Sequence record: OQ790161.1
Strand: one strand, 5' to 3'
Length of the DNA: 64,000 bases
Below are positions 18,133 to 26,568 of this stretch, one piece after another. The notes beneath the pieces were generated by a model. It searched no databases and had not been told where the DNA came from. It saw only the letters and a list, made by a program, of their open reading frames with translations. The stretch's first letter is position 1; the number at the start of each line of letters is the position of its first letter. The translations under genes and the position numbers were made by a program.

Positions 18133-18750
18133 ATGAGCCGCCCTCCTTTCAACTACCGCAAAGTCATTCCTGTTGTTCCCGTTTTTCACGCCGATAGTGC
18201 GGCTTGTTTCATGCATGAAGGCAAGTTGTTGCGTGAGTCGGTGCAGGTGGAAGGTGTGTTGTTCGAGACTGCGCCGCTGGCCATGGATAAGGAAATCGAC
18301 CTGCTCGGTCTGTCCGGCCACAACGCGCTCGTACAGATGGGTATGCAGGACATGACCGATGATCTGGTCCCGTCGCTGGCCCTGCGTGATGTGTACGTCC
18401 AGTTCCCCGGTGACGCACCGCCGGTGCGCTTTGCCGACATGCACATCAACGATTCGTACTTCGACCGCTCGGTCGATGGACACAATCGTTTGAAGGGACT
18501 GGTGATGTACCTCAAGTACACCCAGACCTGGGGCCAGTACAAACTGCACTGGCGCGTCAGCGTGGCCGGTGAGGTCAACCTGGAAATGGCCAACATCAAG
18601 ATGTGGGGCAACACGGAACTGCAAAGCGCCGAGCCCATCGGTGATGCACCGGCGATCACCCCGCAGCAACTGCGCGACATGGATTCCTCGTTGCGTGGCA
18701 AGGTGTTGGGCTATTCGCTCACCGCCTACCGTGGCAATCGCCATTACTAA
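18133..18750 (+). CDS. Stand-alone paralog of the major capsid protein middle domain (about MCP residues 248-458)
   Basis: Colinear matches to 51434..53704: IPVV/IPVV, KEIDLLGLS/QEVDLIGIS, RSVDGHNRLKGL/KTVEGNNQLLGL, VAGEVNLEMANIKMW/VSGELNVEQGNVKVW, GYSLTAYRGN/GYTLRANRSN. Confidence 0.85.
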   Translation: MSRPPFNYRKVIPVVPVFHADSAACFMHEGKLLRESVQVEGVLFETAPLAMDKEIDLLGLSGHNALVQMGMQDMTDDLVPSLALRDVYVQFPGDAPPVRFADMHINDSYFDRSVDGHNRLKGLVMYLKYTQTWGQYKLHWRVSVAGEVNLEMANIKMWGNTELQSAEPIGDAPAITPQQLRDMDSSLRGKVLGYSLTAYRGNRHY

Positions 18751-18756
18751 GTCTAG

Positions 18757-18776
18757 GTCCCGGCTTCGGCCGGGAC
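18757..18776 (+). terminator. UUCG hairpin followed by TTATGC
   Basis: GTCCCGGC-TTCG-GCCGGGAC after MCP-domain paralog. Confidence 0.7.
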
Positions 18777-18799
18777 TTATGCTCCCCAACAGATTTTCG

Positions 18800-18813
18800 A
18801 AACTATACCATCC
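18800..18813 (+). promoter_or_regulatory. Putative phage promoter element AAACTATACCATCC (copy 1)
   Basis: Exact 14-mer repeated at 28524-28537; both intergenic, upstream of + genes, both preceded by CAGAT. Confidence 0.5.
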
Positions 18814-18863
18814 CCTTGAGTAATCGGCCGATTGCTTATACAACTAGAAAGGTAAACATCGAA

Positions 18864-19265
18864 ATGGCAAAGAACACCACTGCTCCGTCCGCAACCCCCA
18901 ACGCCAAGGTCGTCAAGAAGGCCCTGCGCAAGTCCGCCGTCTGCACCATCAGCACCGTCGAAGATCAGGTGTGGAAGGTCGAAGGTATCCGCATCGTGAT
19001 CCGCCTGCCCGAGTACGTCGGTGCCGCCGCCAGCGATGGCCTGGGCTACGACTACCTCCGCGCTCTGCCGCACAATGACGTGCTGGCCGCCCTGTCCCTG
19101 CGCCTGAACAAGGTCTTCGGTCATCCGGTGTCCTTCGTGGCCGTTCGCGGCGATGGCACGATCGTGGAAGCCCGTGCCGGCGAAGGTCGCCTGTCGACCC
19201 TGCTGTCGTCTTTCCGCGACAGCTACAAGCAGACCGCCCGCGCCAAGAAGGCAGCGGCCAAGTAA
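18864..19265 (+). CDS. Small basic hypothetical protein
   Basis: EDQVWKVEGIRIVIR...DY.RA...V.GDG...LRDSY-like pattern; strong codon bias; AAAGG RBS. Confidence 0.75.
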   Translation: MAKNTTAPSATPNAKVVKKALRKSAVCTISTVEDQVWKVEGIRIVIRLPEYVGAAASDGLGYDYLRALPHNDVLAALSLRLNKVFGHPVSFVAVRGDGTIVEARAGEGRLSTLLSSFRDSYKQTARAKKAAAK

Positions 19266-19331
19266 GACCTGTCGAGCAGCGCCTCTTCGGAGGCGTTGTT
19301 CCACCCCTTTCTCGATCAAGAGGATTCCCGA

Positions 19332-20048
19332 GTGAACAAGTTCTCCCGTACTGCCTTCCTGCTCGCTGCGCTGCTGACCCTGGTGGGTTGTGCCTCGGAA
19401 CATCTGGAATGGCGCAACACCGAAGTGGTCCGTGGTGCCCTGTACAAGCGCGGTGCCAATGAACCCCTCAACGGTGTCGTCAGCAACGTGCCGATGTCCT
19501 ACGTGACCAGCAACGAGTCCGGCTATATCCAAGCCCTGATGCAGGTGGAGAAGCTGACCAACACGGCGCTGTCCATCTACGGCGGTGGTTCGATCCTTGC
19601 CTGCGATGTCAAGGTCGATGACGGCCTGCTGGTGGGTAAGACCGAGTGTGTCCGGCAGGACGGGTCCAAGGCGATCGAGCTGTCGTTGAAGGACGGCGCG
19701 ATTGACGGTGAAGTCCGTCTGTTCAATCCCGGTGATTCCAAGCCGATCCTGACTTTCGAGATCCACGATGGTGTGCTCGAAGGTCCGATGAACTACTACT
19801 TCCGCGATGCTCGCAAGATCAACCGGGAGGCCACGGCCCGCAAGGGGCGTTGGGACGGTGAGTTCTTCGTCTACAATGCCGATGGCGATGTGATCAACGA
19901 AGGTCACTTCCGTGAAGGTGTACAGGTGGGCGTGTGGAAGGACTACTGGGCCAACACCGGCAAGGTGCGCAACGTAACCGTCTTTGACGTGGACGGTAAC
20001 CCGACCCAGCGCGAAAGCTACAACGCCAACGGCGAGCGGGTGGACTGA
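19332..20048 (+). CDS. Lipoprotein with MORN-variant (YwqK-like) repeats
   Basis: Lipobox LVGC; repeats G..DGE.R.F, GVLEGPMNYY, GRWDGEFFVY, EGHFREGVQVGVWKDY. Confidence 0.82.
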   Translation: MNKFSRTAFLLAALLTLVGCASEHLEWRNTEVVRGALYKRGANEPLNGVVSNVPMSYVTSNESGYIQALMQVEKLTNTALSIYGGGSILACDVKVDDGLLVGKTECVRQDGSKAIELSLKDGAIDGEVRLFNPGDSKPILTFEIHDGVLEGPMNYYFRDARKINREATARKGRWDGEFFVYNADGDVINEGHFREGVQVGVWKDYWANTGKVRNVTVFDVDGNPTQRESYNANGERVD

Positions 20049-20620
20049 TGTCCCATAACCCAGAGGCTCCCGAACCGTTCCAGTTTCCCAAGCCCTTCCC
20101 ACCACTGACGGACAACGTCCACAAGTTACTCGAGAAGTGTCGGCGTCGGGCCCGTGAGCTTGGAGTGGTCCAGTTCACGGGTAATGCTGATGGTCTGTTC
20201 GGCAACGAGCTGGCTGCGGCGATGATCGCCGATGGGAAGGCGGTGGCACCGGAGATCGATCCCTCCAAACGCGACCATGGGTTGATGGAGCACTACGGCA
20301 TGCACGTGGCCCAAAAGGTATTGGGTGCAGAGTGTCTGCAGCTGATCCACGATACCCTGCGTCTTAGTGGTGACAAGCTGCTGCCTTACAAAGTCACCAG
20401 CCATCCCAAGGTCAGTGCTTACTGTATGGCTGTCGCTTGGCAGATGACCAATGCCGATGTGATAACGACCAAACGCTTGCTGTCCCAGTACGGCATTCGC
20501 GCCATCATTCATCCTGAGGTGCATGGTGGCGACTTGGTCCTTGAGGTCGTATGCGAAATCGTCGATCTTTATCGTCCGGGTTTGTTGGCCAAGTTGCGTG
20601 ACGTTTTCCTGATTCCTTGA
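20048..20620 (+). CDS. Hypothetical protein
   Basis: 190-aa ORF coupled by TGATG. Confidence 0.7.
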   Translation: MSHNPEAPEPFQFPKPFPPLTDNVHKLLEKCRRRARELGVVQFTGNADGLFGNELAAAMIADGKAVAPEIDPSKRDHGLMEHYGMHVAQKVLGAECLQLIHDTLRLSGDKLLPYKVTSHPKVSAYCMAVAWQMTNADVITTKRLLSQYGIRAIIHPEVHGGDLVLEVVCEIVDLYRPGLLAKLRDVFLIP

Positions 20621-20645
20621 ATGCAAGGGGATGGAAGCCGGAGAA

Positions 20646-20665
20646 CCCCGCCCTTCGGGGCGGGG
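20646..20665 (+). terminator. UUCG hairpin followed by GACTATG
   Basis: CCCCGCCC-TTCG-GGGCGGGG. Confidence 0.7.
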
Positions 20666-20780
20666 GACTATGTTCCTTTCTTTTTGTGTTCGACTTTTTT
20701 ATAGAACTGTACTATGGCTGTGTAGTCCCGCACAGAGCACTGTGACTACAACTTCCATTTCAAACACAGAGTACAGAGAA

Positions 20781-22115
20781 ATGTCTAAGACCGAAGAGTT
20801 CCCCGGCTTTTATTTCATCGAACACACAGATGCCAGCCCCTACAAGACGTTCATCGAAGTGGGCGACATCAGTCATCCCGAACGGCGACTGCAGTTGGGC
20901 TTCCGGGCACCATCACCGCAAGACATCGAGGATGAATCTTACCAGACGTTGACGAAAGACAGTCTGTTGGTCGATAGCTACGAACTGCGTGGTTTGGAGC
21001 AGACTGACAACTGCCGCCTTCCTCCAGCCAAGCTCATCGCAAAACTGCTGCGTACGCTGGGGATCTTGAAAGGTAAGTCGTTGTCTGACATCTACCTCAG
21101 CTATGACATCGCCGCCAATATTGCAGGCGTGCAGCGTTTCTACAAACATAGCGAAGAAACGCACTGGCAGAGTTTGGACAGTGTCAGCATCGTGCGTGAG
21201 TGTGAAGTCCTGCGCACCTGCGGTTGGCAGTTCCAAATGCGTGGTATCAAGATCCCCCATGTGATGCTGCATGATCCCGAACCGGTCCCCTTCATGGAGG
21301 AATGGCGGGACAACATCGGTTCGATGGCCAATGCCGTGCCGTGGTTGATGGAGAACTGGGAGCCGGCCTACAACGCCACCGGCGTGCATTTCCACGGAGG
21401 GCATCGTTGGATGTGGAACTGGAGTCCTTCCACCGAAGTACTGATGATCCACACCACCGAACAGGGTGAGCACGGAGCGATTCGCTATCAAATCACCCTC
21501 AATCAGATCATCCGCTACGATGGTCCGTCTGAGCATTGGTACACGATCTACCGTCCTTTCCTCGGACAGATCTGGAATGACCCTTCCCAGCTGGCAATCA
21601 CGTGGATGAAGACGCAGGAAGTGATTGTCCAGTCCTACCACGAGCGCGGCGCGATTCCGCTGAACAAGCGTGAGTTGGTCTTGCGTGTTGAGCGTCTGTT
21701 GGGTCAAGCTCCCATTGGGGCCTATCCGCTGATCAAGTTCTCACTGCCCGTCAGTGGTCGCTCGATCAATCGCAAGGAGCGCGTCACCACAGAGCAGGCG
21801 ATGGCGTATAGTGATCTGATCCACCAGCTGAAGATCACCAGCGATGGTGCATCTTTTGTTGACCATCACATGCCCTCGTATTGGGCACTGCGTGCCAATA
21901 TCGCCAAGTTCTGTGAAGTGATGGGTTGGTTGAAGGACTGGACCGAAGACAACGCCCCTTATCCGCGCGGCATGTACCACGATGAGATCGATCGTTTGCT
22001 GGACATGGGTGAGTTCCACGCAGCAGCGCTGTTGCAGACCTTCCTGCACGAACAGGGCGACATCGCCTGTGCCCGTGGAGCGATCCGCCTGCGTCGGGGC
22101 ATGCCTGATCAGTAA
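20781..22115 (+). CDS. Hypothetical protein
   Basis: 444-aa ORF downstream of an AT-rich promoter-like region. Confidence 0.78.
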   Translation: MSKTEEFPGFYFIEHTDASPYKTFIEVGDISHPERRLQLGFRAPSPQDIEDESYQTLTKDSLLVDSYELRGLEQTDNCRLPPAKLIAKLLRTLGILKGKSLSDIYLSYDIAANIAGVQRFYKHSEETHWQSLDSVSIVRECEVLRTCGWQFQMRGIKIPHVMLHDPEPVPFMEEWRDNIGSMANAVPWLMENWEPAYNATGVHFHGGHRWMWNWSPSTEVLMIHTTEQGEHGAIRYQITLNQIIRYDGPSEHWYTIYRPFLGQIWNDPSQLAITWMKTQEVIVQSYHERGAIPLNKRELVLRVERLLGQAPIGAYPLIKFSLPVSGRSINRKERVTTEQAMAYSDLIHQLKITSDGASFVDHHMPSYWALRANIAKFCEVMGWLKDWTEDNAPYPRGMYHDEIDRLLDMGEFHAAALLQTFLHEQGDIACARGAIRLRRGMPDQ

Positions 22116-22163
22116 TGTGCTGACAAACGTGATCCTATAGGGGAACTTGTAGGAATCGCAACC

Positions 22164-22436
22164 ATGTGGGCACCCGTACGACACGCAACTCGCTACGACT
22201 TGGCCCGACTGTCACTCACAGCCGCCCAAGCGCGCTTCTTACTCAACACGTACTACACCAATCTCTATGGCTCGCACATCCGCCATGAGTCGGTCCGCAG
22301 CATGCGAACCAAGATCATCGAACTGGAAGCTCACATGGACCCGCTGCGCGCAACGCAGCCGCTTCTTTACCGAGCCTTGGCTCGGCAGTGCGTGGACTTT
22401 GAACGTATCTGCATGTTGATTGAGAAGTTGTCTTAA
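22164..22436 (+). CDS. Hypothetical protein
   Basis: 90-aa ORF, AGGA RBS, followed by hairpin. Confidence 0.65.
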   Translation: MWAPVRHATRYDLARLSLTAAQARFLLNTYYTNLYGSHIRHESVRSMRTKIIELEAHMDPLRATQPLLYRALARQCVDFERICMLIEKLS

Positions 22437-22443
22437 CTGTAAG

Positions 22444-22463
22444 CCCCTGCCTTCGGGCAGGGG
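22444..22463 (+). terminator. UUCG hairpin followed by TTTTATGC
   Basis: CCCCTGCC-TTCG-GGCAGGGG. Confidence 0.75.
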
Positions 22464-22543
22464 TTTTATGCCGCCAAACAGTAATTCGCTACACCGCTGT
22501 TCCATTTTCTGTCTACACGACCATCACCCAAGGATAGAGCGTA

Positions 22544-24220
22544 ATGTCCAACAACCCCGTTTCGACTGACCAGAACTCCGCAGACCCGCAGGTCAAGATC
22601 GACGAAACCAACAGCTGCTTCCGTCCGTTCATCACGCTGCTGCGTGCCAACGTGGCCGAACTGCTCAAGAAGATCCCCGCCGCCGGCACCCGTGCCGTGA
22701 TCGGCAACGCCGGCAACGTCTCCGGCCATGACCTGTGGACCATGTACCTGGATTCGGCTCCCGATCCGGTCGAGCGCCAGAGCCGCAACTGCTCGTGCTG
22801 CCGCCACTTCTTCCACAACTACGCCAACCTGATCCAGCTCACCGCCGATGGCCTGTCCCATTCGCTGCTGTTCCAGGACCACGACGACCAGCACGCCGAC
22901 TACCGCTCCTTCCTCCAGGCTGCGCAGGAAAAGCTGCGTAACGCACGTATCGAGCGGGTGCTGTTCGCCCCGGCCGAGCGCGCTGCGGTCAGCATCGGTG
23001 TGGATGAGGCCGGTGGCTTCAACCACATGCACTTCCACCTGGAAAACGTGGCGGTCCGCCCGAACAAGGCCAAGACCTCCAACCAGAACGCAGCGGCCCT
23101 GCGTGAGGACGTGCGCATCCTGACTGGCTCCTTCGGTAACTGGTCCGATCCGATCATCAAGCGCGGCATCGAACTGTTCGCCAACCACGAGCGCCTCTCG
23201 CGTAGCACCCACGCCGGCGTGATCGCCGAGTACGCTGACATCCGTGAAACGTACAAGTCGATCAAGCATGCCAACGTGCGCCACAACTACGCAACGGTTG
23301 CGGCCCTGACCAGCCGTCCGGCCGTGGTGCGCCTGGGCGCTGCCAGCTCGGTGACCGGTGAGTTCCTGACCCAGTCGGAAAAGGTCAACGAGAACTTCGC
23401 CCTCCAGCGTTTCCTGTCCCAGACCTCGGCCGAAGTCTACATGCGTCCGGTGGCCGCACCGACCTCCGGTGCTGTGGCGGCTGCTGAAAAGCTCTTCGCC
23501 GAACTGGACCTGGCTGCCTCGCTCAAGCGTCGTCCGCTGCGTCGGGACGAACTGGTCGATCAGCTGTGGACCAAGCCGGTCAAGGAAGCCCCGGTCGCCG
23601 CTGGTGTCTTCGGTGGCATCAAGACCAAGGACGCCGCGCCGGATACCAAGACCCTGCCGATCATCAAGGGTGGCGTGACCTCGTTCCTGAAGGTCATCAA
23701 GAAGATCCTCGCCGAGAACCCGGACCAGGTACAGGTGTACATCCCGCATGGTAACACCCATGCGTTCTCCTCGATCACCACCCAGGTCGATCCGGAAGCC
23801 AAGCCGATCCTGCGCTGGGATAGCGAAGACAAGCGCAACCCGCTGCTGGCCTACCGCTACCAGAACGCTGTGCATCCCTCTTCGTGGGGTCAGTCGCCGG
23901 GTACGTGGGCAGAGATCATCGCCATCGCCCCGAACACCCAGCACCAGCCGAAGGATCACGACGACTTCCTGTCGCGTTCCTACCCGGTCCTGGAGAAGGG
24001 CTACGACATGGGCAACCCGACCATCACCCCGCTCTTCCCGGAAGCGCTGCGGGGCGAGCTGCATGGGGTGCGTTCGGTGATCGAGCAGTACTGCCGCCAG
24101 AACCCCATGGAAGACATCGAACAGGGCTTGGCGGTGTGGAGCTACACCGGCGGTACGGCCAACATCCGCCTGACCAAGGGCGAGACGGTGACCGAGTACC
24201 AGATCGTGATGCAGGACTAA
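22544..24220 (+). CDS. Conserved jumbo-phage protein with NCSCCRHF motif
   Basis: 558 aa; ERQSRNCSCCRHFF Cys cluster; very strong codon bias; own terminator/promoter context. Confidence 0.8.
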   Translation: MSNNPVSTDQNSADPQVKIDETNSCFRPFITLLRANVAELLKKIPAAGTRAVIGNAGNVSGHDLWTMYLDSAPDPVERQSRNCSCCRHFFHNYANLIQLTADGLSHSLLFQDHDDQHADYRSFLQAAQEKLRNARIERVLFAPAERAAVSIGVDEAGGFNHMHFHLENVAVRPNKAKTSNQNAAALREDVRILTGSFGNWSDPIIKRGIELFANHERLSRSTHAGVIAEYADIRETYKSIKHANVRHNYATVAALTSRPAVVRLGAASSVTGEFLTQSEKVNENFALQRFLSQTSAEVYMRPVAAPTSGAVAAAEKLFAELDLAASLKRRPLRRDELVDQLWTKPVKEAPVAAGVFGGIKTKDAAPDTKTLPIIKGGVTSFLKVIKKILAENPDQVQVYIPHGNTHAFSSITTQVDPEAKPILRWDSEDKRNPLLAYRYQNAVHPSSWGQSPGTWAEIIAIAPNTQHQPKDHDDFLSRSYPVLEKGYDMGNPTITPLFPEALRGELHGVRSVIEQYCRQNPMEDIEQGLAVWSYTGGTANIRLTKGETVTEYQIVMQD

Positions 24221-24294
24221 GCGATCGCTGTAAAACAAAACCGCTGGTGGAGATCATGTGAGGATGCCTGAGTTAGGCGTCTAGGGGAATACAC

Positions 24295-24552
24295 ATGAGC
24301 AAAGCCAGCCAGCGGAAGATGACCATCAGGCAGGATGGTTATCGCTTCGCTCAGTGTGGGCGTCCGATCTCGGATTGCCCGCACCGTAATGCAGCTGATC
24401 GTTGGAACTGGAAATCCGGTTACGAGGAAGGGCTGCATCAGAAGAAGAAAGCCCAGCGTGCCAAAGTGCGCAGGGAACGCATGGTCACCGGGCCACTGGC
24501 TCGTTGGTGGCGCATGTGGTATGGCGGTCTGACTGCTTTCGGACTGCTGTGA
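24295..24552 (+). CDS. Rmf/CrpP-fold-like small protein with hydrophobic C-terminus
   Basis: GYRFAQCGRPISDCPHRNAADRWNWKSGYEEG aligns with E. coli Rmf GYQAGIAGRSKEMCPY...RSQWLGGWREA. Confidence 0.65.
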   Translation: MSKASQRKMTIRQDGYRFAQCGRPISDCPHRNAADRWNWKSGYEEGLHQKKKAQRAKVRRERMVTGPLARWWRMWYGGLTAFGLL

Positions 24553-24561
24553 CGGCATAAG

Positions 24562-24583
24562 CCCCCTCCCTTTCGGGAGGGGG
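24562..24583. terminator. Bidirectional hairpin between convergent genes
   Basis: GCATAAG-CCCCCTCCC-TTTC-GGGAGGGGG. Confidence 0.7.
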
Positions 24584-24589
24584 TGAGTG

Positions 24590-24853
24590 TTACTCGGCCT
24601 TGGGGGCCGGCTTGAGCTTTTCCCAGATCGCTTTCTGGTCTGCCAGACGGCTGACAGCACCCATGAACCCGACCCAGTTGATCAGCTTCTGGAAGATGGC
24701 CGGCAGGCCACCGCTTTCCAGGATCTGATACTGTACAGCCAGTTCATACAGGTCCGGGGACAGCGCGATGAGGATGAAGAACCAGGTGGAGAACCACTTG
24801 GGAGCTTCGCGCCAGTTGTTGACAAGATACTTGTCGAGGAAGTCGGTCAGCAT
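24590..24853 (-). CDS. Holin-like small membrane protein
   Basis: GGAG RBS + ATG at 24853; MLTDFLDKYLVNNWREAPKWFSTW... with 2 hydrophobic helices and basic C-terminus; LVxNWR..W/K.WFS pattern of phage holin-like proteins. Confidence 0.62.
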   Translation of the reverse strand: MLTDFLDKYLVNNWREAPKWFSTWFFILIALSPDLYELAVQYQILESGGLPAIFQKLINWVGFMGAVSRLADQKAIWEKLKPAPKAE

Positions 24854-24913
24854 GGAACTGCTCCACATAAACGGGGTTGTATTCTCTCCATAAGATTCAG
24901 GGGATTGTGCGAA

Positions 24914-25177
24914 ATGTGCCACTGCATTCATCGTTCCAACCTGCGCTTTCCGATTCTGGCAGCGCAACCCAATGGGCCTCGTGAAAACTGGCCTGTGTAT
25001 TTCACGCCCACCCGTCCCGGCGAAGGCATCTACCATTGCCCGACGTGTCTGGAAGGCAAAGTCATTGAGAAGGTCGTGAATCCCCCACTCACGTTCTTCC
25101 AGAAACTCTCCGGAGCGCTCAAGCGTCTGTTGACGCCGGCGTCCGGTAGTATTCACCCGCGCTACCACCGCGGGTGA
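24914..25177 (+). CDS. Small Zn-ribbon-like hypothetical protein
   Basis: MCHC...YHCPTC; AGGGGA RBS; divergent from holin-like gene. Confidence 0.55.
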   Translation: MCHCIHRSNLRFPILAAQPNGPRENWPVYFTPTRPGEGIYHCPTCLEGKVIEKVVNPPLTFFQKLSGALKRLLTPASGSIHPRYHRG

Positions 25178-25234
25178 TTCTCGGTAGTAAAATCCCTTTC
25201 CTATCGAGTGTTCAGGTGGTCAAAGGAGTTGGAG

Positions 25235-25459
25235 ATGAGTGATCCTCACAGCCACGGCATCGGCCCTTACCGTCTCGTTCGCAACCGCGACGGTCAGAAG
25301 AGCTACTTCGCCGGCCACCATGACAATGGTCAGCCGCGTTGGGTCGATAACCAGCAGGACGGTGTGCACTACCCCGAATCGGGGATGGCCGCCACCGTGC
25401 AAAGGACGCTGACACCAAATGCCGGTGAAAGCCTGAATGTTGTACGCGTCACCAGTTGA
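25235..25459 (+). CDS. Hypothetical protein
   Basis: 74 aa, GGAG RBS, followed by hairpin. Confidence 0.65.
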   Translation: MSDPHSHGIGPYRLVRNRDGQKSYFAGHHDNGQPRWVDNQQDGVHYPESGMAATVQRTLTPNAGESLNVVRVTS

Positions 25460-25465
25460 TGCACT

Positions 25466-25492
25466 CCACCGGGGTCTTCGGACCCCGCGTGG
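25466..25492 (+). terminator. UUCG hairpin followed by TTTTTATG
   Basis: CCAC-C-GGGGTC-TTCG-GACCCC-GC-GTGG. Confidence 0.7.
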
Positions 25493-25526
25493 TTTTTATG
25501 CCGCCCTTTTGAGAAGAACAATAACA

Positions 25527-26351
25527 ATGACCACAATCGCATATCACGGTCCCAGTCGCACGATCTGCTCGGATTCACTCGTTACCCGTGGTGCCGGTGC
25601 AGCTAAGGTGCGCAACGAGTCTGCGGTGAAAGTGGAGTGTCTCAAGCGACTCAAGTTGCCCCGTTGCAAAGGGGAGAAGCTGTTGGCGCTGGCCTACTGT
25701 GGCACCATGCAGCGCATGGAAGATGCCACGCGCTTTATCCTGCACAACTTCAAGAGTTGGCGTGGGGCAGAGGAACTGTATCGGCGCGAAGGTCTGTCGC
25801 TGGACAACCTCAATAACGTGAGCATGTTGTTGATCACGGACAAGAAGGCATACTGCTTCAACTTCGCAAATGGCAGGTTGGAGTTTATCCCCTACGAGCT
25901 CGATGCGTATGTGACCATCGGCAGTGGCTGCACGGCCGCGATCACGGCGATGAAGGTGTACGGGGCAACTGCACGTGATGCCTTGGTGGCTGCGGCACTG
26001 ATCGACGATAGCACGGGCGTGATTGTCCACACGCACCGGATCACCAAAGATGGTCTGATCTACGACATGCCGGAAGTGATCTCAACGGGTGACCAGACCC
26101 GCATTGAACTGCGCAACAATGCGGCAGCGTCCACGGTCATGCCCAAGCTGCGCAAGCCGGCACCGGGTGAGCCCATTACCTCGATTCTGTCGGCGTGGAC
26201 TGACAACAGCGAAACGGTCAAACAAATCCGTGAAAACCTGAAGGCGCGGGATTTGCGCGACAGGAAAAAGCGTGAAACTGCCCGCAAGGAAAAGCAGGCG
26301 CAGCGGGAAGCCAAGAAGAAGAAAGAGGAAGCGTCCAAGCCGTCCGCGTGA
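25527..26351 (+). CDS. Ntn-hydrolase (HslV / proteasome beta-like) peptidase with lysine-rich tail
   Basis: N-terminal M-T-TIAY...SDS.VT (Thr1 nucleophile) and IGSGC.AA..AM...A..IDD.TG motifs. Confidence 0.75.
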   Translation: MTTIAYHGPSRTICSDSLVTRGAGAAKVRNESAVKVECLKRLKLPRCKGEKLLALAYCGTMQRMEDATRFILHNFKSWRGAEELYRREGLSLDNLNNVSMLLITDKKAYCFNFANGRLEFIPYELDAYVTIGSGCTAAITAMKVYGATARDALVAAALIDDSTGVIVHTHRITKDGLIYDMPEVISTGDQTRIELRNNAAASTVMPKLRKPAPGEPITSILSAWTDNSETVKQIRENLKARDLRDRKKRETARKEKQAQREAKKKKEEASKPSA

Positions 26352-26568
26352 AGACACTGTGTAAATTTCTCCACATGGCGCCCTATTGTATACTTCAGCG
26401 AGTGTGACGGACATATCCCCAGGGAATGACCCTTCTCGTTGGAATCTATACTGCATTTTGGGCGTCATGAACCCAGCACAGTTAGCGAACCCCCTGCTAG
26501 TCAGCACCAGGCTGCGACGCCGCGTGTCTGCATCTGGCAGGGTTCTTCCCTGCAAGAGCGTCACCCTG

